A DNA stretch of 64,000 bases, taken from Methanobacteriota archaeon (GTDB lineage Archaea > Thermoplasmatota > Thermoplasmata > SG8-5 > JAGLSY01). The stretch lies in assembly GCA_020697715.1 (NCBI GenBank), contig JAEHCO010000002.1:128001-192000 (forward strand), written 5' to 3'. Positions 40,269 to 48,025 of the stretch are shown here, one piece after another. Made by a program: the position numbers and the translations under genes. The first letter of the stretch is position 1. Each line of letters opens with the position of its first letter. The notes under the pieces were generated by a model, which saw only the letters and a program-made list of their open reading frames with translations, ran no database searches and was not told the origin of the DNA.

Positions 40269-42590
40269 TTATACAAAGAATTTAGAAAAGGCATCTTCAC
40301 AATCAACAGGACGATTATCTGTTTGATATCTTGACATATCATTCATAAGGGATTTATATTCATCTTCATCTTCAACATAAAGTGCTTCTAATGAACATAG
40401 CCATTCAACAAATTCTGGCATCTGCTTTCCAGAGTATACTTTTTCAAATACAGACCCTCTTAAAACTCCTATCCATTCGCCCTTCCACCGACCATCAACA
40501 ATAGCACAGTGAACATAATTATCGTCCAATTCAAAATCACAACCATTCCAATGTACAATAAATTGTAAAGAATGGCCACCCATTCTTTGTGCCTCGTATG
40601 ATTGAGGGGAGGCTCGGCAAGCTATAAGAATCCACTTACCATTTGATAATGGAATAATGAAGTCTTCTCCTCTAAGAGAGGATCTCCCAACAGGCATGTG
40701 TAAATCTAATGATCCATACAAACCTGCAAGGGGTGCATCAGAACATCTGGATGGTCCCCCAAAGAAGGGTATGTGCTCATCTTCTAAATGGAGTCTTACT
40801 TGTTCTTCAAGTATGTTTAACTTAATATTACGTTTAATTTGTTGAACTCTTTTATCGATAATTGCCTCGTGCAAATTTTCATTAGTTGGATGAGTCATAT
40901 TCTTTTTTTTCTCAATCATTTTGGCTAAGCCATTTGATATGTATTCTTCAGATTCTGCACTTGCTGGAGCGCCCCTCATGAATGCATGAATTCCAGTTGC
41001 TGCTCTTCCAGTATCAATCTCATTTTCAATTTCTTTTGCTGTCAGTTCACACCAGTAACTAGCTATAATTGCATTTGTCCTAAGTGAGTATGAATTACGT
41101 TCTAAAATAAATGTTTTTAATGCATTTAATCGTTCATCTATATTGGTAATTGTCATTATAGTATTCAAACCACTCACAATTTCTTCTATGTCAATTCCTA
41201 TAAGATCTTGTATATTTGATTCTGATTGATAAGTCCGCTTTAGTAAATCAAAAGGAAGAATTGCCACATCTATATCAACCTCATCAAAATTATAAGTTTT
41301 TCCAAATTTGAATGTATTTTGTTCGATAATAATAATTCCCTCCCTCTCAAGCTGGTCTAACTGATTTTTCAATGAATGATATCTGAATTTGAAAGCAGGC
41401 ATATAATACTCTATCTTAGAAATTAGTGAATTTCGAGTTCTTGATTCTTTGATATCTTCCTTAATTTTATCCAATAGTTCTTCAGGTTCCAGAATGAATG
41501 AATCTTCAAAACTTATAAAAATCGTCTCTTGCTGTGGACTCTTAATTGTTCTTTCATAGAATAATTCATATATGAATTCTTTGTAAATATTAATAACCAG
41601 TCTGTTCCCATTAGAGTCTGGAGGGCAGGTTCTATCTAATACTGGCAATAGCATTTCAGAATGGTTGATCAAGTTGTCATCCTCTATAACTAAAATTTTT
41701 GATGATTCTAATCGTTCTATTATTTCATCCGCTAAGGTTTCTGTATAAAAATGCCTCTCATTTTGGTAAAAATCAGAGCAAAGTTCCCTAAATTTTATAC
41801 CTGTAACTTCGTTATTAAAAAGAAGTAGTGTATATAGTAAGAAAATAAGTATACCTTCTTTGTGATTATGTTCATTAATATCATCAATACTTCCATTAAT
41901 CGGACTCACAGGATAATTTAAAATTTCTTCTTTAAGTTTTAGAACATAAGGGTTGTTTGTTAGATTCTCTACCTTCAATACGGATTTTATTATCTCAATT
42001 ATGGCTTCTTCTCGAGTTTTTGCATCTGCAATGTTCTTTTTAATATCTCTAAATATATGCTCTACATCTTCTGCAGTATGGGCAGTTAGACGATTATTAG
42101 TTTTGATCTCATTTTCAATATCTGCTGCATTCTTCATCTCGAATTCTGTAATCATAGAATGATTTGAGCCGATAAAATAAACATAATCAAAAATTAGGGT
42201 TGCTGAGGAATATATCCATCCTTTCCAGGTTCTTGCGTCACCCATGATTGCCAATATCGATATTACATCACCATGTGATTTCCATACCTGTGTTACTTGA
42301 TTAACGAGTCCCCAAAAATAAGTGTCTGAATTCTCAGCGGATTTTCTATGGGTTGCCCAAATCACTACTTTTTTATCATCAATTTCTCTTGTGAATTCAA
42401 TATCTGTAATAAAATGAAGAGCAGAATCATCTTCACCCTCTGTCGATAAATCCTGCTGTGACGTCAAATCCTTAATGATTCCTTTTTCTTCAAGAGGCTT
42501 CAGGGCTTCCTCAATGAGATCCTCTATATATCTCCCAACTTTTCCTTGTAAGGCTTGTTGTTGTCTATGTATTCTAACCACACTTCCCAA
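40269..42590 (-). CDS. 773-aa protein with N- and C-terminal restriction-endonuclease-like folds
   Basis: GRYIEDLIEEAL...TDIEF...VIWAT and LEEQVRLHL...EDFII...LIACR...AIVDG; start codon uncertain. Confidence 0.5.
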   Translation of the reverse strand: MGSVVRIHRQQQALQGKVGRYIEDLIEEALKPLEEKGIIKDLTSQQDLSTEGEDDSALHFITDIEFTREIDDKKVVIWATHRKSAENSDTYFWGLVNQVTQVWKSHGDVISILAIMGDARTWKGWIYSSATLIFDYVYFIGSNHSMITEFEMKNAADIENEIKTNNRLTAHTAEDVEHIFRDIKKNIADAKTREEAIIEIIKSVLKVENLTNNPYVLKLKEEILNYPVSPINGSIDDINEHNHKEGILIFLLYTLLLFNNEVTGIKFRELCSDFYQNERHFYTETLADEIIERLESSKILVIEDDNLINHSEMLLPVLDRTCPPDSNGNRLVINIYKEFIYELFYERTIKSPQQETIFISFEDSFILEPEELLDKIKEDIKESRTRNSLISKIEYYMPAFKFRYHSLKNQLDQLEREGIIIIEQNTFKFGKTYNFDEVDIDVAILPFDLLKRTYQSESNIQDLIGIDIEEIVSGLNTIMTITNIDERLNALKTFILERNSYSLRTNAIIASYWCELTAKEIENEIDTGRAATGIHAFMRGAPASAESEEYISNGLAKMIEKKKNMTHPTNENLHEAIIDKRVQQIKRNIKLNILEEQVRLHLEDEHIPFFGGPSRCSDAPLAGLYGSLDLHMPVGRSSLRGEDFIIPLSNGKWILIACRASPQSYEAQRMGGHSLQFIVHWNGCDFELDDNYVHCAIVDGRWKGEWIGVLRGSVFEKVYSGKQMPEFVEWLCSLEALYVEDEDEYKSLMNDMSRYQTDNRPVDCEDAFSKFFV

Positions 42591-42679
42591 AGGTGAAATT
42601 TATTTATAAAAAGTCGTTAAATATAAATTCAATTTGTTAAAATATTTCTTAACAAAGGTAAAAATATTTTATATCTATA

Positions 42680-42961
42680 TTGGGCTTTGTGAAAAGCATA
42701 CTAGAGAAAATAAAAGCATTAGGGTCAGAAACTTCTTTTAACATTATTAAAATACTTGATGAGAATGAAATGACTGCAAAGGAAGTTTTCGACATATATA
42801 ATTCAAAATTCCAGCCTACTAAGCGAAGAGAAACCATTTATATAGCTCTAGAAAAACTTGTTGATGCAGAAATTCTTAAAAAAACATATAATAATAAAGA
42901 TAAACGAGTTAAGTATTCACTAAATAATGATGATCTTAATATTAATTTCAAGGATCTGTAG
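42680..42961 (+). CDS. Winged-HTH (ArsR-like) regulator heading the tgt-MTase operon
   Basis: KALGSETSFNIIKIL...MTAKEV...RETIYIALEKLVDAEIL...VKYSL. Confidence 0.75.
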   Translation: MGFVKSILEKIKALGSETSFNIIKILDENEMTAKEVFDIYNSKFQPTKRRETIYIALEKLVDAEILKKTYNNKDKRVKYSLNNDDLNINFKDL

Positions 42962-42963
42962 GA

Positions 42964-44094
42964 GTGTTGAATAGATTGGATTTTGTGCCTGCGTATGGTG
43001 GACGATTTAAAAAAGAGAAACATTGGTATAATCAAAGGTATTGGTTAGAGGATATATGCAATGATGTTCTTGTAAGTGCGTATTACACTATGCAAGTTCC
43101 AGAGATGAAACTTGTATCCTATCTTGAATTAAAAAAGGAGAATAGATTGTTTGTAGATAGTGGTGGATTTACTGAGCTTACTAAGGGGATGGGGAATTAT
43201 TTTGATCAGCCAGATACGGTTATGAAGAACCTCGATAAAATAAAGAAAGAATATGAAAAGAAACAAATATCAATATTGAAATATCAAGAACAACAGAATG
43301 CAGATGTAGCATTTACACTAGACATTCCTCTACTTCCAAAACTGGATATTAAATTGAAGAAAAAATTGATTGAAATCACAAAAAACAATGCAAAAATTGC
43401 CTTTGATAATAGAAAAAATAAAAATGTTAAGCTATATCCAGTTGTTCAAAGCTGGTCATTTGAAACCGCAAAAGATCTTGCATCATATTATCAGAATCTT
43501 GAGATTGATGGGATGGGAGTTGGAGGTTTAGTGCCTTATTCTTCTAATTTAAAAAAAAGATTAGAAATCTTAATTGGAGTTAGATCAGAAACAACGTTGC
43601 CAATACATGCATTAGGAACTACTGGCATTCCTCATTTATACGCTTTAGCAGCCATTAATATTAATAGTGTTGATAGTAAAACATACGCAGATTATAGCCG
43701 ATTTCGTCATTTTATAAACCCACAAACCAATAAGCGATGCTGTGTTGGATTAAATGTAAAAACTGAGAAAAAATATAGATTCGAGAAATTGCCATGCAAT
43801 TGTCAAATATGCCAATGGATTAAAGATAATAAAAAAGAATTAGGTATTAAGTTTGAAAGTGATTATTATGCAAAATCAGATAGTGCTGCTTCTTCTAAAT
43901 TGGCGTTGCACAATCTAATGGTGATTATAGATGAAGTGAATGAAATTAATGAAGCTATTAAGATTAATAATTTTGACCAATTAGTTGAAAGAAAGCGTAG
44001 TGTGAATAGAAGTATAGACCGAGCCATAAGAACATTAGAAAAGCTATTGATTGAAAAGCCAAAATTCAAGAAAATAATTGATATAAATCTTTGA
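42964..44094 (+). CDS. tRNA-guanine transglycosylase-fold enzyme (TGT/DpdA-like)
   Basis: DSGGF, TLDIP, PVVQ, GGLVP, HALG, SVDS, CNCQIC...HN Zn site; no C-terminal PUA. Confidence 0.88.
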   Translation: MLNRLDFVPAYGGRFKKEKHWYNQRYWLEDICNDVLVSAYYTMQVPEMKLVSYLELKKENRLFVDSGGFTELTKGMGNYFDQPDTVMKNLDKIKKEYEKKQISILKYQEQQNADVAFTLDIPLLPKLDIKLKKKLIEITKNNAKIAFDNRKNKNVKLYPVVQSWSFETAKDLASYYQNLEIDGMGVGGLVPYSSNLKKRLEILIGVRSETTLPIHALGTTGIPHLYALAAININSVDSKTYADYSRFRHFINPQTNKRCCVGLNVKTEKKYRFEKLPCNCQICQWIKDNKKELGIKFESDYYAKSDSAASSKLALHNLMVIIDEVNEINEAIKINNFDQLVERKRSVNRSIDRAIRTLEKLLIEKPKFKKIIDINL

Positions 44095-44164
44095 GCAAAT
44101 AGTTTCACTTACCCCCTATCAAGTTTTAAATATATATATACTAATAGAGCTATTGGGTTGAACA

Positions 44165-45028
44165 ATGCCAGATAATACAAATAATACTAAAGAAGCATCA
44201 AAGCTAACAAAGGAAGAATGGCGTGAGTACACACAAAATGTTTGGTCCATTATGAATATAAGCCACGAGAACCACCCTGCTGTATTTAACCCCGAAATAC
44301 CACATAGATTAATAAAAATGTTTTCATTTGTTGGAGAAACTGTTTTGGATCCATTTGCGGGCACAGGCACAACAATGATTGTTTCCAGAAAATTGAACAG
44401 AAATTCAATTGGAATAGAATTAAACAAAGAATATTGTAAAATGATTGAAGAAGAACTGCAACAAAAATCTCTATCTGCTTTTGAATCAAATAATATAACT
44501 TCGCATGATATTATTAATGCTGACAGTCTAGAATATTTAAAGCAAATTGAAGAAAAATCAATTGACTTAATTACCACAAGCCCTCCCTACTGGAATAAAG
44601 CCCAATACAGTGAGAACAGCAATGACCTAGGCAACATTGATGAATATGAACAATTTATAGATTCAATGCATGTTTTTTTTGAAGAATGTCTCAGGATTTT
44701 AAAACCAGGGCGACGACTATGCATAGTAACTGCAAATGTTCATCAAGATACAGAATATGGCCTCCAGCGATTTCCTCTAGCAAGTGATTATAATGTTCTT
44801 GCTCGCAAAATTGGATTTTTATTAGTTGGCGAGGTAATATGGTCAAAAGCAAATACTGGCGGAAAATGGGGTTCTTATGGTGCCCAACGACCTATTTTTG
44901 GTAGCTACCCTTATCCACCTAATTTCTGCTTCAAAGACTTACATGAATACATTCTAATATATAGAAAAAAACCAAATACAAAAAAAAGGATGAAAAAACC
45001 AAATACAAAAAAAGAAAAAAAGGGATGA
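44165..45028 (+). CDS. Site-specific amino-DNA methyltransferase (SPPY, likely N4-cytosine), circularly permuted
   Basis: HPAVF, DPFAGTGTT (motif I) precedes TSPPY (motif IV); RILKPG; HEYILIYRK. Confidence 0.9.
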   Translation: MPDNTNNTKEASKLTKEEWREYTQNVWSIMNISHENHPAVFNPEIPHRLIKMFSFVGETVLDPFAGTGTTMIVSRKLNRNSIGIELNKEYCKMIEEELQQKSLSAFESNNITSHDIINADSLEYLKQIEEKSIDLITTSPPYWNKAQYSENSNDLGNIDEYEQFIDSMHVFFEECLRILKPGRRLCIVTANVHQDTEYGLQRFPLASDYNVLARKIGFLLVGEVIWSKANTGGKWGSYGAQRPIFGSYPYPPNFCFKDLHEYILIYRKKPNTKKRMKKPNTKKEKKG

Positions 45029-45130
45029 ATTCGCAATAAGATTATCCAATTATCATCCTACTAGGAATTAGCCAGTCAATTTTCTGGTAAAGTTGGGCGA
45101 GCCCCTATTCCCAACAGCCTCTAAACTGTT

Positions 45131-46231
45131 TCAAAGCATCAGCTCCAAATCATCCCTTGGATCACTAATCATCTTTTGATGATACTTAACCAAATTATCC
45201 TTCACGGCTACATTTTTAGTCTTATGTACCTGGTTAGAGACCTTGATTCGGTGGTTTTTGTCAATATGGAGTAAATTTTGGTCAACCGCTCCGTGGTGAA
45301 TCTTACATAGGGAAAGTCCGTTTGCTGGGTTAAGTCTGTTGTCCAGGTCCTTATTCCAAGGGTGAATATGGTGAGCATCTAGTAAGCTTTCCAAATTGAA
45401 TTGGCAAACACAACATTGGTATTCAAAAAACCAAAGTACTCGTTTTCTGAATTGATTTTGGCCTACACGTACCTTTTGTGGGGACCATGTGTTTTCGACT
45501 CGATAGTTTCTTTGAACATCTACCTGTTCGATTACCTCTTCTAAGTATGAGTAATCTTCTGGATTATCGAATAGCTTCCTGTAGGTTCCTTGATTGTCTA
45601 CGAATTCAATATATCCATCATCTCGAAGGAACTGTAGCTGCTGACGGATCTTTGGTTTGATGTTACTGTTATTTGGAAATTTCTTTTCCAGAACTGGTTG
45701 AAAAATGTTAATATCATTTAGGGAGAATTGGGATGAAGGAATCTCTCGGACTAACTTTAAAACTTCTTCTTTCCAGGAATATTTGATCTCCTCAAAGGGA
45801 TTTTCCGGTTCGACAAATGAGATATAATAGGTGTCCGGTTTACCTGACAATTTCTCAAATCTGAGTTGTGGGCGCATTGTATCTTGGAGTTTCACACTAT
45901 CAGAAAAAAGGTCGAAATGGATTGGAAACAATTTTGTCAGTATTCTTTCAAGATCAGTGTACCAGAAAAGGCGTGATTCTTCAGAAACTGGCTTCCCTTG
46001 ATAACTACGAGGATTTCCAAGTTCTAATCGAGCTTTGAATTGTGATTGATTATAGACAAGTGTAACTTCTTTTTTGGTACCAAGGTTCATTGAGTCAATA
46101 CCGAAATAGTTACGAACCTCTTTTGGAATACCAGTACCTCTATGAGTGAATGCAGATTTATCTAGGGTTTTTATCGCAACCTCTTTTGAGGGTAAGTTCC
46201 ATGAATAATATGAGGGCATGTTAATACTCAT
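45131..46231 (-). CDS. Modification-dependent HNH endonuclease with DpnI-type winged-helix domain
   Basis: FSLNDI...FPNNSNIKPKIRQQLQFLRDDGYIEF (DpnI C-terminal wH) plus CCVC...LDAHHIHPW...NGLSLCKIHH. Confidence 0.85.
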   Translation of the reverse strand: MSINMPSYYSWNLPSKEVAIKTLDKSAFTHRGTGIPKEVRNYFGIDSMNLGTKKEVTLVYNQSQFKARLELGNPRSYQGKPVSEESRLFWYTDLERILTKLFPIHFDLFSDSVKLQDTMRPQLRFEKLSGKPDTYYISFVEPENPFEEIKYSWKEEVLKLVREIPSSQFSLNDINIFQPVLEKKFPNNSNIKPKIRQQLQFLRDDGYIEFVDNQGTYRKLFDNPEDYSYLEEVIEQVDVQRNYRVENTWSPQKVRVGQNQFRKRVLWFFEYQCCVCQFNLESLLDAHHIHPWNKDLDNRLNPANGLSLCKIHHGAVDQNLLHIDKNHRIKVSNQVHKTKNVAVKDNLVKYHQKMISDPRDDLELML

Positions 46232-46364
46232 GTGTCATATTATCCGTTAATATATGAACCTTTTGAAAAAAAGGAAAAGTGAGGGTGAGCTCCATATCCA
46301 ACTCTCTATCCCTCGCAGATCACAACCTTTAAGATCCCTCGCCCTTTTTTGATCTCCCGTAACC

Positions 46365-46838
46365 ATGGCTTCCAAAGATTCCTACACAATAACATTGAAG
46401 AACAATACCACTGAAAAAGAGGGTATCCAGTACCTGAGAGATCAGAACAAGAGATTTGTTCTTCCAGACCTTGAAAAGCGCAAGGAAATTCTCAAAGCCT
46501 TTGATCTTCCCAACAGGTATTCCAGAACCTTCGACATGGTTTATATCGAGCATCCGGTTGAGGATGATACTGACTTCGATGTGGACATTAAAAATATTGT
46601 TTTGGTCGAACTAAAAACTACTAAAGCCAGGCTGGAAAACAATCCATATGGCTTCTTTTTTGGAGCAACGGAGAATGAGTTTCAATTAGCAAGGAGGCTT
46701 GGAGATCAATATAAGTTTTGTTTTGTATGTTTGCATCCTGAAACCGAATCATATAAGTTGCTGACTCTAGAGGAATTGGAAGATTTGATTAAAAATAAGC
46801 GAACCCAGTATCAGATTAATTTGAAAAATTTGGAATGA
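46365..46838 (+). CDS. PD-(D/E)XK nuclease-like protein (DUF3883/NOV-like)
   Basis: FDMV...VELKTT...TENE motif. Confidence 0.6.
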   Translation: MASKDSYTITLKNNTTEKEGIQYLRDQNKRFVLPDLEKRKEILKAFDLPNRYSRTFDMVYIEHPVEDDTDFDVDIKNIVLVELKTTKARLENNPYGFFFGATENEFQLARRLGDQYKFCFVCLHPETESYKLLTLEELEDLIKNKRTQYQINLKNLE

Positions 46839-47463
46839 TTTTACCTTCCACCCTCATCTTCTTCTCCCCATCATCATCCCACACCGTCACATACTGGACC
46901 ACGATGCCCTTTGGTATCTCGAGCCCTTTGAAATAATCCATTTCCCTCTCCCTTGTATTGCTGAACAATAGGAAATACTTCAACGGGGCTTCCGAGGCCT
47001 GACTCAGCTTGAACAGATCATATTTCACCTCATGGTGGAAAGCCTTGCTGTGAGTGGTGATGTACTTGAACTCCATTGCCGCGATAAGATTGTTTGTGTC
47101 TGTATCTGTATCCGACTTCTTTATCGAATATCTAATGTTTTTGTTGGTCACGGATATGTATTTATTGGCCTTTATGAACTCGGGATCTAAGATCGCCATG
47201 TCGTACTTTGATCGACTGCCCTTTGGATTGAGCTTGATTTGTTTTCGATTGAATCGGGCAATCGTGGGATATTCGGGCTTCAGGATATTGGTCTTCTTGC
47301 CGTCCAGGGTTGTGAACTGCTCTGTGAATTCCTTCTGTTTGTAAAATCTGTGATAACAATATTGATGAAATTCGTGTTCATTGAAGAAATTCTGGGGCTT
47401 GCGATGGAACTGGTTGGTTATTGATTTGATGGTTTCTTCTATTAGTTTTTGGTAGTTTGGCAT
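46816..47463 (-). CDS. PD-(D/E)XK nuclease-like protein
   Basis: FFNEHEF...PEYPT...YDMAIL...AMEFKY...DLFKL. Confidence 0.6.
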   Translation of the reverse strand: MPNYQKLIEETIKSITNQFHRKPQNFFNEHEFHQYCYHRFYKQKEFTEQFTTLDGKKTNILKPEYPTIARFNRKQIKLNPKGSRSKYDMAILDPEFIKANKYISVTNKNIRYSIKKSDTDTDTNNLIAAMEFKYITTHSKAFHHEVKYDLFKLSQASEAPLKYFLLFSNTREREMDYFKGLEIPKGIVVQYVTVWDDDGEKKMRVEGKIIPNFSN

Positions 47464-47483
47464 GAATATTTCCTCAGTATATT

Positions 47484-47957
47484 TCAGTCCTCATTCACCT
47501 CTATTCTGCCTTCCTTTATCAATCGATTTAACAGTCTTTCATCAATGATATGTGTTTTAACAAGAGCCATGGCCTTCTCAAAACCTTGAATAAGATAAAT
47601 AACTCCGATAATTGCTTCAAATGCTTCCGTGATGGTTTTGTCTTCACCTTCATCTCTAGGAATATTTGGGCCAATCAGCATCTTATCCAGTTCAAATTTC
47701 CTGGCTTTCTCAGCTAAATATGCCTTTGATTCCATACCACTACATATCTTAGTTAATTTTCCAGTTTCATCAGTAGGGTTATTATGATAATAATACTCCC
47801 TGATTGCCAGACTAATTACTCTGTCTCCAAGGAATGCCAGACGCTTATTATTGCTGTCCGTATCATTGTATTTGTGCTTTAAAGCTTCAGCGAATCGTGG
47901 ATCATAATATGATATATCGAATTTCTCATCAAGAAACGTTTTAATTTTATCTTCCAT
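47484..47957 (-). CDS. Stand-alone ribonuclease III domain (no dsRBD)
   Basis: EALKH...NKRLAFLGDRVI...EAFEAIIGVIYL. Confidence 0.8.
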   Translation of the reverse strand: MEDKIKTFLDEKFDISYYDPRFAEALKHKYNDTDSNNKRLAFLGDRVISLAIREYYYHNNPTDETGKLTKICSGMESKAYLAEKARKFELDKMLIGPNIPRDEGEDKTITEAFEAIIGVIYLIQGFEKAMALVKTHIIDERLLNRLIKEGRIEVNED

Positions 47958-48025
47958 CTTCTCTCTCCTCTGCCCAAATCAATATTGGGCTATTTGATTG
48001 TTTGCGAACATCTCGATAAACATGA

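Larger units (their letters stand above)
37860..47960. mobile_element. AT-rich defence/modification island; boundaries approximate
   Basis: Abrupt compositional shift, strongest at 37.9-45.0 kb; dense modification and nuclease genes; no integrase seen. Confidence 0.65.

Noticed and set aside
38681-44094. Type IV CBASS, QatABCD or canonical dpd cluster
   Set aside because: No CD-NTase, OGG-like glycosylase, KAP NTPase/TatD, or DpdB/C/helicase genes are recognisable
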